Assembly: GCA_003221005.1 (NCBI GenBank)
Contig: QHTZ01000105.1
Coordinates: 1 to 18,704, forward strand
Source: Gemmatimonadota bacterium
Lineage (GTDB): Bacteria > Gemmatimonadota > Gemmatimonadetes > Gemmatimonadales > GWC2-71-9
Length of the DNA stretch: 18,704 nt
Reading direction: 5' to 3'
This document shows, one piece after another, positions 1 through 7,930 of the stretch. The number at the start of each line of letters is the position of its first letter. Positions within the stretch are counted from its first letter, which is position 1. The translations under genes and the position numbers were made by a program. The notes under the pieces were generated by a model. It saw only the letters and a program-made list of their open reading frames with translations, made no database searches and was not told the DNA's origin.

Positions 1-1500
1 CGTGTACACGACGAAGGGGCGTTCGACGAAGCTGAGCACATAGTCCCGCTCGAGCAGGCGGAGGAATCCGGGGGGAAACACGACGTCGCCGTAGCAGCGG
101 GCGCCGTCGCTCGCCGTGCACGCCTGCAGCGTCGCGGCTGTGTGGAACGCATCGGCACCGCTGAAATCCACCAGCACCACGGCGCCAAAGCTGTCGGCGT
201 CCATGCGCCGCCGGAATTCGCTCGCGATCTCCGGGCGCTTCCGCGCAAGCAGCCGGAGATTGAACGGGTCGAGCACGCGCGGCCGCTGGCCGAGCATGAC
301 CGGCACGATGGGGTTCTCACTCAGGAGATCGTGCGCGGCCGGCCCCAGGCGCGCCGCGATGTCCGAGACCTCGCGCCGTTGGGGCCAGCCGTCCTTCTCG
401 ATCACCGACCGGACCGAGATCATGCCCGGCAGCCAGGACGCGGCGGTGAGCCCCGCGACCACGGCCGGGACGCCGAGCGCCAGGCGGGCGCGGCGCGGCT
501 GGCGCGTGAGCTGATCCCCGAGCAGGAGCGCCGCCGCCCCCAGCACATCGAGGAAGTGATTCGTGTCCGTGCCCGGCGACGTGAAGATGAGCAGGGTGAA
601 CACCGCCGCGAGCACGAAGTAAGCGGGGGCGAAGCCCGCGTTTCCCTCGCGGAGCCGCGCGACCGCGTACACCGATGCGCCGGCCAGCACGATCAGCGAG
701 ACGGGATCCTGCGCCGCGCTGCGCAGGAACCACAGCGGAGCACCAAGTGCGTACGCGGGGCGCATCCCGCCCGCCGCCGCTGCCGCGAACGACGCGAGCG
801 CGCGACCGTCGCTCGCCCAATCGATGACCGCGAGCGACGCGAGCGCGAGCCCGCCGAGCGCCCCCGCCAGCGCGAGCGCGGCGCGAGGGCGCCCCCGCCA
901 GTGGAGCCACGCGCACACCGCCACCGCCCCACCCACGGTCGTGAACTTGGTCACGAACGCCCCGAGGAACGTGAGCGCGCACGCCACGAGCAGCGGCGCG
1001 GAGGGACGCCGGGCGTAGCGCAACCCCAGGCAGATGCCCCACATGTTGAGAGCGGCGGCAAGGAAGTCCCCTTTCACCTGGATCGTGAGCAACTGGAACG
1101 CCACAGTCGCGTGCGTCAAGATGGACAGGGGAATCGCAAGGGTCCACTCGACGTCGAGCTCGCGCATGGCTAGGAGGAGCGCAAGATCGAACAAGGCAGC
1201 CGAGGCGAGAGACAGCGCCACGCCCGCCGTGACGGGATCGACCGAGAGGCGGATCAGCCCGGCGTGCAGCGCGAAGAACAGCGGCATGTAGCGCGTGCCG
1301 CCGAAGCCGAACGCGTCCGCAGTGGGACGATAGAAGATCCCGCGAGCCAGGTCCTGCGCGAGCGCAGTCCACACGCCGCTCGCATTGTCCTGCGGCAGGG
1401 ACCCCGGCCAGTACCAGAGGATCAGCGCGAGCGAGCTGGCGAAAGGGACGAGGCACGCGACCCAGACGAGCCGCCGCTCCGACCGCGTCAACGAATCCAT
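1..1500 (-). CDS. Polytopic inner-membrane protein, probable GT-C-fold (ArnT/PMT-like) glycosyltransferase; 3' end runs off the window
   Basis: Absent from the ORF track because it has no stop in the window. Manual translation from ATG 1500 gives MDSLTRSERRLVWVACLVPFASSLALILWYWPGSLPQDNASGVWTALAQDLARGIFYRPTADAFGFGGTRYMPLFFALHAGL..., open for 500 codons to position 1 (...RLLERDYVLSFVERPFVVYT). It has many hydrophobic helices, an acidic first loop, QVKGDFLAAAL, AFVTKFT and GTDTNHFLD segments typical of GT-C membrane proteins, and a soluble C-terminal domain. Confidence 0.7.
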   Translation of the reverse strand, partial: MDSLTRSERRLVWVACLVPFASSLALILWYWPGSLPQDNASGVWTALAQDLARGIFYRPTADAFGFGGTRYMPLFFALHAGLIRLSVDPVTAGVALSLASAALFDLALLLAMRELDVEWTLAIPLSILTHATVAFQLLTIQVKGDFLAAALNMWGICLGLRYARRPSAPLLVACALTFLGAFVTKFTTVGGAVAVCAWLHWRGRPRAALALAGALGGLALASLAVIDWASDGRALASFAAAAAGGMRPAYALGAPLWFLRSAAQDPVSLIVLAGASVYAVARLREGNAGFAPAYFVLAAVFTLLIFTSPGTDTNHFLDVLGAAALLLGDQLTRQPRRARLALGVPAVVAGLTAASWLPGMISVRSVIEKDGWPQRREVSDIAARLGPAAHDLLSENPIVPVMLGQRPRVLDPFNLRLLARKRPEIASEFRRRMDADSFGAVVLVDFSGADAFHTAATLQACTASDGARCYGDVVFPPGFLRLLERDYVLSFVERPFVVYT

Positions 1501-1614
1501 GCGCGCATCACGCATAGCCCCCGCCCCGGGTTGTCGCTAGCTTCCAAAAGGGAACATCGCCGTTGGTTCCCGCGACGACGGAATGTAACGTTCGAGCCGG
1601 GCACGGCCCTTTTC

Positions 1615-1620
1615 GAGGAG
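1615..1620 (+). promoter_or_regulatory. Shine-Dalgarno site of the DUF6600 gene
   Basis: GAGGAG lies 6 nt upstream of ATG 1627. Confidence 0.8.
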
Positions 1621-1626
1621 ACCGCC

Positions 1627-3861
1627 ATGAGGATCGCTCGCCTGCTGACCCCAGCGTTGGTGCTGGCGTTCCTGCCCACGGCCGGGTTCACGAGTGCGTC
1701 GACCGCCGACCCGCCGACACGGGTGGGTCGCCTGAGCTTCCTCCGCGGGGCGGTCTCCTTCCGCCCGGCCGGGGGGGACGACTGGGCGGATGCAAGCCTC
1801 AACTACCCCCTCACGACCGGCGACCACCTCTGGAGCGACGACGACGGTCGGTCGGAAGTCTCCCTCGGCTCGACCGCCATCAGGCTCGCCCGGTACACCG
1901 CGGTCGGGTTCCTCGAACTGGATGACCACACCTCCCAGCTCCGGCTGTCGCAAGGGTCGGTCCAGGTGCGCCTCCGCAACCTCGAAGAGGACGACAGCTT
2001 CGAGATCGATACGCCGAACGGCGCGATCTCGCTGCTCCGGCCCGGCAGCTACGTCGTAGACGTGGACTCGACCGGCGACACGACCATCGTTACCGTGCGC
2101 CGCGGCGAGGCGGAGGTCACGGCCGCGGGGTCGTCGTTCAGCGTGCGCTCCGACCAGGCGGCCACGCTCGTCGGGACCGACTGGCCCACCTACGACGTGC
2201 ACGACCCGCTCGCCCCCGACGAGTGGGAGGACTGGTGCGCCAGCCGCGACCGCCGCGCCGACAACGCCCGCTCGGCCTCATACGTCTCCAGGGACATGCC
2301 CGGGTACGAGGATCTGGACGATTACGGCGACTGGCGCGTGACACCCACCTATGGCGCCGTGTGGGTGCCGCGCGGCGTGGTCGGCGGCTGGGCACCGTAC
2401 CGCTACGGCCACTGGGCCTGGGTCGAGCCGTGGGGCTGGACGTGGATAGACGACGCGCCATGGGGGTTCGCGCCGTTTCACTACGGCCGCTGGGTCTACT
2501 GGCAGGGCGGCTGGGGCTGGGTGCCGGGTCGCGTGGTGGCCGTGCGGCCCGTGTACGCGCCCGCGCTGGTCGTGTTCGTGGGCGGCGGCGGGTCGAGCCT
2601 GTACCTCAGGGTGGGCGGAGGCAGCGGCGTGGGTTGGTTCCCGCTCGCGCCGGGGGAGGTGTATGTCCCCGGCTACCGCGTGAGCGATGCGTACGTGCGC
2701 CGGGTGAATGTCACCAACGTGAACATCACCAACATCCGCATTACCAACATCGATGTGACCCGCGTCCGCTACAAGAACCGCGACGTCGCGAACGGCGTGA
2801 CGGTGGTGACGCGGGAGACGTTCGCGGGCGCGCGACCGGTGGACCGGAACGTGGTCGTCGTGACGCGGGAGCGCGCCAGCGCGGCGCCGGTCGTAGGCAC
2901 GACCGCGCCGGTCGCGCCGACGCGCGAGAGCGTCCTGATTCGTCGCGGTCCGGGCGGAGGGCCCGCCAGGCGCCCGCCTGACGTGACCGTCAGACGCCAG
3001 GTCGTGGTACGAAACACCCCGCCCCTGCCCCCCGTGCCGTTCGAAGCGCGAGAGCGGGAGCTCCGCGCCCATCCGGGCCGCCCGCTCGACGACGCGGCTG
3101 TCGCAGCGCTGCGCGGGCGAACTCCGGCCCATGGGGACCCGCTGGTGCGACCCGCGACGCCGCCCGGCCGGGCAGGCGGCGGCCCTGCTCCAGGCATGCG
3201 GCCGGCCCGCCAGGGCCTGCCCGAGGCGCGACCGGCGCCGCCGCCCGAGGAGCGCCGCGGGCGTGGCCGGCAGCGCGAGACGGCCCCACCTGCGGACCAA
3301 CGCGAGCGACCCGCCCCGGTCGAGCGTCGTGCTCCGCCCACCGAGCGGCCAGCCCCCGTCGAGCGTCAAACCCCACCGCCTGCTGAGCGACCGGCGCCCG
3401 TCGAGCGCCCGTCGCCCCGCGAGCGCCAACGGCCGCAACCACGCGAGAAGACCCCACCGCGGGACGAACGTGAGCGGCCGGCCCCCCCTGCCCCCCCGGC
3501 TCCGGAAGAGCGCCAAGCCCCGCCGCCTGCTGAGCGGCCGGCGCCCGTCGAGCGTCCCGCGCCCCGCGAGCGCGAGCGGCCGCAGCCACGCGAGAAGGCA
3601 CCGCCGGCGGAAGAACGGGAGCGCCCGGCCCCTGCTGAGCGCCCGGCGCCCCCGCCCACCGAGCGGCCCGCGCCGCCCGAGCGCCCGGCTCCCGCGCAAC
3701 CACCGCAGGCGCAGCCGCCAGAGCGCCCGACGCCGCCGCCGGCGGAGCGACCCGCGCCGCCACCCACGGAAAAGCAGGAGCCCGAGGGACGTCGCCAGGG
3801 CCCCGAGCGTCGGCGGCGGGCGAAACAGGACAGCAGTGAGACGCGGAGGGAGAAACCCTAA
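1627..3861 (+). CDS. Secreted FecR-like/DUF6600-domain protein with long Pro/Arg/Glu-rich disordered C-terminal tail (744 aa)
   Basis: ATG 1627 follows GAGGAG. Signal peptide MRIARLLTPALVLAFLPTAGFTSASTA is followed by DPPTRVGRLSFLRGAVSF...NYPLTTGDHLW (FecR-like beta domain), a Trp-rich block GWAPYRYGHWAWVEPWGWTWIDDAPWGFAPFHYGRW (DUF6600 signature) and a low-complexity tail. The ORF-track start at 1264 overlaps the opposite-strand gene and is rejected. Confidence 0.85.
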   Translation: MRIARLLTPALVLAFLPTAGFTSASTADPPTRVGRLSFLRGAVSFRPAGGDDWADASLNYPLTTGDHLWSDDDGRSEVSLGSTAIRLARYTAVGFLELDDHTSQLRLSQGSVQVRLRNLEEDDSFEIDTPNGAISLLRPGSYVVDVDSTGDTTIVTVRRGEAEVTAAGSSFSVRSDQAATLVGTDWPTYDVHDPLAPDEWEDWCASRDRRADNARSASYVSRDMPGYEDLDDYGDWRVTPTYGAVWVPRGVVGGWAPYRYGHWAWVEPWGWTWIDDAPWGFAPFHYGRWVYWQGGWGWVPGRVVAVRPVYAPALVVFVGGGGSSLYLRVGGGSGVGWFPLAPGEVYVPGYRVSDAYVRRVNVTNVNITNIRITNIDVTRVRYKNRDVANGVTVVTRETFAGARPVDRNVVVVTRERASAAPVVGTTAPVAPTRESVLIRRGPGGGPARRPPDVTVRRQVVVRNTPPLPPVPFEARERELRAHPGRPLDDAAVAALRGRTPAHGDPLVRPATPPGRAGGGPAPGMRPARQGLPEARPAPPPEERRGRGRQRETAPPADQRERPAPVERRAPPTERPAPVERQTPPPAERPAPVERPSPRERQRPQPREKTPPRDERERPAPPAPPAPEERQAPPPAERPAPVERPAPRERERPQPREKAPPAEERERPAPAERPAPPPTERPAPPERPAPAQPPQAQPPERPTPPPAERPAPPPTEKQEPEGRRQGPERRRRAKQDSSETRREKP
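3301..3765 (+). repeat. Intragenic repeats: 11 perfect ERPAP pentapeptides and a duplicated 42-aa/126-nt unit (3361-3486 vs 3508-3633)
   Basis: ERQTPPPAERPAPVERPSPRERQRPQPREKTPPRDERERPAP aligns without gaps to ERQAPPPAERPAPVERPAPRERERPQPREKAPPAEERERPAP, offset 147 nt. DNA is similar with synonymous changes. Confidence 0.85.
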
Positions 3862-3867
3862 CCGAAG

Positions 3868-3941
3868 TCGGGGCGCCGGGATTTGAACCCGGGACCTTCT
3901 GGTCCCAAACCAGACGCGCTACCGGGCTGCGCTACGCCCCG
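3868..3941 (-). tRNA. tRNA-Pro (anticodon TGG); CCA end not encoded
   Basis: Reverse complement folds as CGGGGCG TA GCGC AGCCCGGTA GCGC G TCTGG TT-TGG-GA CCAGA AGGTC CCGGG TTCAAAT CCCGG CGCCCCG A, a canonical cloverleaf. The next bases are CTT, not CCA. Confidence 0.97.
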
Positions 3942-4070
3942 CGTGGCCTAGAAGGTAATACCATGGTGGGCGACCGGTAGCACGAGTAGGGCCGCGCAGT
4001 CGATCGTTGGCGTGACAGCGTCTCGTCCGAGGCCGCCAAGGCGCTCGCTGCACAGACCGGTCCCGAGAGG

Positions 4071-4685
4071 TTAGGTGGAACGCCGCACCAATACCTCGAT
4101 CAGCGCCCGTACGGCACGTCCGCGGTGCGACACCCGCTGCTTCGCGGGGAGGGGCGCCTCGGCGAACGTCATCCCGAGATCGGCGGACCAGAATAACGGG
4201 TCGTAGCCGAACCCACCGGCGCCACGCGGCGTGGTGAGGATCCGCCCGTCGCAGGTGGCCTCAACGAGCTGCGGCTTCGCCGCCGGCGTCTCGATGTAGG
4301 CCACCACACAGCGATACCGTGCGGCACGGCGATCCTCGGGCACCGCCGCCAGCCGTTCGAGCAACAACGCATTGTTGGCGGCGTCGGACCCTTCCCCGTA
4401 CACACCCGCGAACCGCGCCGAGTGCACCCCCGGCTGCCCACCCAGCGCGTCCACCTCGAGCCCCGAGTCCTCGGCCAGGGCCGGGAGCCCGCTGCGTTTG
4501 GCGAAGTAGCGTGCCTTCGCGACGGCGTTTTCGACGAAGCTCGTGCCGCTTTCGATGTCCGCCTCTTCCGGGAGCCGCTCGAGGAGGCGGTCGGCCGGAA
4601 ACGTGACGGCGAACGGCAGGCCCGCCATGAGGTCCCGGAACTCGCGGATCTTGCCCTCGTTGCGCGTCGCGACAAGGAGCTTCAA
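4071..4685 (-). CDS. rdgB: RdgB/HAM1-family non-canonical purine NTP (dITP/XTP) pyrophosphatase (204 aa)
   Basis: Motifs LLVATRNEGKIRE, SFVENAVAKA, LAEDSGLEVDALGGQPGVHSARF, GFGYDPLF and KQRVSHRGRA are present. Probable start is TTG 4685, 4 nt after the upstream stop. Confidence 0.93.
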   Translation of the reverse strand: MKLLVATRNEGKIREFRDLMAGLPFAVTFPADRLLERLPEEADIESGTSFVENAVAKARYFAKRSGLPALAEDSGLEVDALGGQPGVHSARFAGVYGEGSDAANNALLLERLAAVPEDRRAARYRCVVAYIETPAAKPQLVEATCDGRILTTPRGAGGFGYDPLFWSADLGMTFAEAPLPAKQRVSHRGRAVRALIEVLVRRST

Positions 4686-4689
4686 GGGA

Positions 4690-5169
4690 TTACGCGTCCC
4701 CGCTCCGCAGGCGGGCGAGCAGGTCGCTGGTGGAGTGTCCCGGCACGAGCGCCACCCGGACGACGCGTCCCCCGCGGCTCTCCACTTCCCGGGCACCGAC
4801 GATCTGCTCGCGCGTGTAGTCAGCCCCTTTTACGAGCACGTCGGGCCGCAGCAGCTCGATGAGCCCGAGGGGGATGTCCTCGTCGAACAACACCACAGCG
4901 TCGACGCACGCGAGGGCGGCGACGAGCCGGGCCCGCTCTCCTTCAGGGACGAAGGGACGGCCCGGGCCCTTGGCGAGGCGCCGTGCCGAAGCGTCGCCGT
5001 TCACCGCGACCAGCAGCGCGTTCCCCTCGGCGCGCGCTGCTTCAAGCAGCGCGACATGCCCCACGTGCAACAGGTCGAAGACGCCGTTCGTGAACACGAC
5101 CGGACCGCGCTGCCCGGCGCGCCACGCCGCCGCGGCTGCCGCCGTGCGAATCTTGGTCGCCGTGGTCAC
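4690..5169 (-). CDS. rfaE2: D-glycero-beta-D-manno-heptose-1-phosphate adenylyltransferase (stand-alone RfaE/HldE domain II, 159 aa)
   Basis: Motifs [15 protein letters not shown] (HxGH), [26 protein letters not shown] and GHSTS are present. GTG 5169 overlaps the antiporter TGA (GTGA). Confidence 0.9.
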   Translation of the reverse strand: MTTATKIRTAAAAAAWRAGQRGPVVFTNGVFDLLHVGHVALLEAARAEGNALLVAVNGDASARRLAKGPGRPFVPEGERARLVAALACVDAVVLFDEDIPLGLIELLRPDVLVKGADYTREQIVGAREVESRGGRVVRVALVPGHSTSDLLARLRSGDA

Positions 5170-6389
5170 TCGCGCCCCATGGTAGCGCCCCAGCGACCCA
5201 GAGCCCAGGTGAGCAACGGCGGCGTCACGAGCGTCGTGCCGATCACCATGACGAGGAGGGCGCTGAACAGCTCCCGCGACAGCACCCCCGCGGTGAGGCC
5301 GACGTTCGCGAACACGAGCCCCACCTCGCCGCGCGGCGCCATGCCGATCCCCACGGCCCAGCGATTGAACCGGCGCCACGGCACGGCCCACCCCGCGGCG
5401 AGCTTGCCCACAACGGCGATCACGAGCAGCCCGCCCGCCACGGCCAGGACGCCGGCGTTCCGGGGCTCGAGCGGATTCAGCACCCGGAGATCTACCGCCG
5501 CCCCGATGGAGAGGAAGAAGACAGGTACGAAGATCTCGGCCACGGGCTTCATCTGTTGCTCGATCGTGCGCGCCTGGTTGGTGCCGGAGAGGATGATGCC
5601 TGCCGCGAACGCTCCGATGATGAGGGCTGAGCCCGCGCGGTCGGCGAGGGCCGCCAGGAGCAGGAGGAACGCGAACGCGGTCACGAGCAACACGCCGCGT
5701 ACGCGCATGCGCTCGATCAGCGCGAAGATGCGGGGCGCGAGCGCGAGCCCCACCGCGATCGCTACGGCAAGAAATCCGATCCCGACGGCGAGCACCCGCC
5801 CCACCCCCCACACGGTGAGGGGGCGGCCGCCCGCAAGCCCGGACACGACGGCCAGGATGGCGAGTCCCAGCACGTCATCGATCACCGCGGCCCCGAGAAT
5901 GATCCGGGCTTCGACGGTGTCGGTGCAGCTCAGGTCGGCGAGCACGCGAGCCGTGATCGCGACCGACGTTGCGGTGAGGGTCGCGCCCACGAACAGGGCC
6001 GTGACCGTCAGGCCCGAGACGGAATACTCCGGGCGGTGCAGCGGGGAGATCCAGTAGAGAAAGCCGAGCAGGAACGGCACCGCGACGCCGACCACGGCCA
6101 CGGCGCTCGCCGCGGGCCCCACCCGCATGAGGGTGCGGAACTCAGTGGCGAGGCCGATCTCGAACAGCAGCACGACGACGCCCACCAAGGCCAGGAGGTG
6201 GATGACGGGCGTGAGCGGGTCCCCTCGCCCCGTGGGGATGACGCCCAGCACGCTGCCACCCAGGAGGATGCCCACCGCCAGCTCGCCCAACACCGGGGGC
6301 TGCCGAATGCGCTCGCACAGCTCGCCGGTGAACTTCCCGGCCAGGAGCATGATGCCGAGCACGGTGAAGAAGCGGACGGCGAGCGGCAC
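5166..6389 (-). CDS. Cation:proton antiporter (Na_H_Exchanger family, NapA/Kef-type CPA2, 407 aa)
   Basis: About 12-13 hydrophobic segments. Motifs [58 protein letters not shown] and [13 protein letters not shown] are present. No C-terminal KTN domain. Confidence 0.92.
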   Translation of the reverse strand: MPLAVRFFTVLGIMLLAGKFTGELCERIRQPPVLGELAVGILLGGSVLGVIPTGRGDPLTPVIHLLALVGVVVLLFEIGLATEFRTLMRVGPAASAVAVVGVAVPFLLGFLYWISPLHRPEYSVSGLTVTALFVGATLTATSVAITARVLADLSCTDTVEARIILGAAVIDDVLGLAILAVVSGLAGGRPLTVWGVGRVLAVGIGFLAVAIAVGLALAPRIFALIERMRVRGVLLVTAFAFLLLLAALADRAGSALIIGAFAAGIILSGTNQARTIEQQMKPVAEIFVPVFFLSIGAAVDLRVLNPLEPRNAGVLAVAGGLLVIAVVGKLAAGWAVPWRRFNRWAVGIGMAPRGEVGLVFANVGLTAGVLSRELFSALLVMVIGTTLVTPPLLTWALGRWGATMGRE

Positions 6390-6754
6390 TAGAGCGGCTG
6401 CGTGGACGTCGGGTGGAAGGCGAAGGTGTGGTTAAAGAAGGGGAGGGTGACCGTCTCGCTGTAGGCGGTCTCGATGGTGATCTGGCGCGGCGACGTGTTG
6501 CGCCGCACGACCACCCGCGCCGCCGAGTCCGGCAGCCCGATGTCCTGCACTGCAGCCGCGAGACGCCGCTGAATCGTACCGTTGTCGAGCGCGGAGGCGA
6601 GCCGCGCCTGCGAGTCCATCTCGTCGAGCAAGCGGTAGTAGCGGAAGAATACCTCACCGATGTTGACGCCGTAGTAGAGGAGCGCGACGAAGATCAAGAG
6701 CGAGAACAGGCATCCCGTCGTGCCCGCTCCGTGCGCCCCCGTACGGGTCACCAC
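6389..6754 (-). CDS. Small single-TM protein, DUF4845-like (~121 aa)
   Basis: GTG 6754 or 6751 overlaps the upstream stop. The N-terminal hydrophobic helix GCLFSLLIFVALLYYGVNIGEVFFRYY and the C-terminal ITIETAYSETVTLPFF..FAF pattern resemble DUF4845. Its TAG overlaps the next GTG. Confidence 0.6.
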   Translation of the reverse strand: MVTRTGAHGAGTTGCLFSLLIFVALLYYGVNIGEVFFRYYRLLDEMDSQARLASALDNGTIQRRLAAAVQDIGLPDSAARVVVRRNTSPRQITIETAYSETVTLPFFNHTFAFHPTSTQPL

Positions 6755-7272
6755 TGCGACTGGGCCCCGTCCACGATCTCGTTCACGAGCTTCTGGAGCG
6801 CGATCTTCCGCCCATCCGCGGGCTGCTGGCCCTGGGTGTACTCCCCCACCACGCTCAACCCCTGGCGCTGCCACAGCGTCTTGTTGTGGCGCTGGTCCAC
6901 AATCTCCACGTCGACGGTGACCTGGACCTGGCGCTTCGTGACGTCGGCGCGGCCGGCGCCCGGCTGGAAGGCGAGCGGCACGTCGGGGTCGTAGCGGACC
7001 ACGCGCCCGCGCACGACGGCGTCGGCGTTCGATTCCCCGGCCTGGCGCAATCCCAGCCGCCCCTGGATCGCCTCGGCGACGGCGTCATTCACTTCCTTGG
7101 TCAACGCCGGCTCCGGCGTCTGATTGTCGAACGGGAGGATGGCGACGGTCCTGATGTCTGGCAGACCGCCGCCCTTGAAGCTGTACAGGCAGGCGGCGAG
7201 CGCCAGCGTGGCGATGCTAGCGCCGACGGCGCCACAGCGAGGGCGCGAGCACGACCGCCGTGTCCACCCCAA
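6748..7272 (-). CDS. lptE: LptE-like LPS-assembly lipoprotein (start uncertain; TTG 7272 is the nearest in-frame start upstream of the lipobox)
   Basis: Lipobox LAAC is followed by LYSFKGGGLPDIRTVAILPFDNQTPEPALTKEV...ADAVVRGRVVRY...VQVTVDVEIVDQRHNKTLW...LVNEIVDGAQSQW, matching the LptE pattern seen in Bacteroidota and other non-proteobacterial diderms. Confidence 0.75.
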   Translation of the reverse strand: MGWTRRSCSRPRCGAVGASIATLALAACLYSFKGGGLPDIRTVAILPFDNQTPEPALTKEVNDAVAEAIQGRLGLRQAGESNADAVVRGRVVRYDPDVPLAFQPGAGRADVTKRQVQVTVDVEIVDQRHNKTLWQRQGLSVVGEYTQGQQPADGRKIALQKLVNEIVDGAQSQW

Positions 7273-7930
7273 CCACCGTGAGTTCAAAGCGAGCCGGGGC
7301 CTCCGGGAAATCGATGCGGGCCTTGGTCGGCTGCGCGCCGACGGTGAGCTCCGTGCGGCTGCGGGCCACGACCTTCCCCTCGCGGCGCCACTCCGCCTCC
7401 AGCGTCCGCGACGGGCCGTCGGTGGCGACATAGTCGAGCGTGTCCGCATCCTGAACGAACCGCCAGATCGTGCGCGGCGGCGTCTGCACGCCCGCCACGC
7501 TGGCGGCGGAGTCGGGAGGCCGCACCACGCCGAGCGCCGCCCACAGCATGCGCACGGCGGGCACGAGGGAGCGGAAGTTCTCCTCGGGGTCGGCCCACAC
7601 CGCTGAGTCGCCGACGACCACGGCGGCGCCGGACCCGAGGCCGAGCGGCCCGGTGTAGTCGAACCGCAGCGAGTCGGGCGGCGCCACGCGCGCGGTGCCG
7701 CGCCCGCCCCAGCGCCGCCGCCGGTCCTCATAGCGGAACCGGAACCGGATCGCTGTGTCACGACCGGGCAGCGTGCGCTGCGCCCAGGCGAGCGCCTGTA
7801 CCCGATCCGCCGGGGTGAGCGCTACGGCGACCAGCGGTGCCAACCTGCCGACGCAGCCGGCGACAAGCGCACAGGCGGCAATGTAGGAAAGGGCGCCGAG
7901 GCGGTCAAGCGAAAGCTGTTGCCGGCTCAA
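7217..7930 (-). CDS. Putative lipoprotein, possibly LolA/LolB-fold (DUF4292-like) (237 aa)
   Basis: TTG 7930 overlaps the Omp85 TGA. Lipobox LVAGC is followed by a beta-rich body with GRGTARVAPPDSLRFDYTGPLGLG, resembling the 'PDxLRxdxxgPlG' strand-turn of LolB/DUF4292-like proteins. The fold call is inference. Confidence 0.55.
   Translation of the reverse strand: MSRQQLSLDRLGALSYIAACALVAGCVGRLAPLVAVALTPADRVQALAWAQRTLPGRDTAIRFRFRYEDRRRRWGGRGTARVAPPDSLRFDYTGPLGLGSGAAVVVGDSAVWADPEENFRSLVPAVRMLWAALGVVRPPDSAASVAGVQTPPRTIWRFVQDADTLDYVATDGPSRTLEAEWRREGKVVARSRTELTVGAQPTKARIDFPEAPARFELTVVGVDTAVVLAPSLWRRRR

Noticed and set aside
116-1456. ORF-track entries 142..1173 (+), 317..1456 (-) and neighbours
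   Set aside because: Arg/Ala-rich shadow ORFs of high-GC DNA. The coherent membrane protein is in the minus frame starting at 1500.
1264-1626. 121-aa N-terminal extension of the 865-aa ORF
   Set aside because: It overlaps the opposite-strand gene. The SD and signal peptide point to ATG 1627.
3301-3765. Repeats as CRISPR or mobile-element repeats
   Set aside because: They are in-frame, vary at synonymous positions and lack unique spacers, so they are protein-level repeats.
1-3868. Possible genomic island integrated at the tRNA-Pro 3' end
   Set aside because: No integrase, no duplicated tRNA 3' fragment and no evident compositional shift within the window. It cannot be fully excluded beyond the left edge.
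3942-4070. Possible ncRNA or promoter between rdgB and tRNA-Pro
   Set aside because: Only a weak -10-like TACCTT (3957-3952) without a convincing -35, and no recognisable RNA structure.
5170-5811. Apparent long N-terminal extension of RfaE-II (373-aa ORF) suggesting a bifunctional HldE
   Set aside because: The extension is an alternative frame inside the antiporter gene with no kinase motifs. The GTGA overlap gives the real start.
4543-6057. 504-aa plus-strand ORF, and similar long antisense ORFs (2278..3699, 7837..8988, 9076..10074, 15571..17052)
   Set aside because: Antisense to well-supported genes, with no motifs. Long stop-free antisense frames are expected at this GC content.
7273-7761. 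Extended 337-aa LptE ORF or a frameshift fusion with the upstream lipoprotein
   Set aside because: The upstream part is low-complexity off-frame translation. Each gene has its own lipobox and no slippery site is evident.
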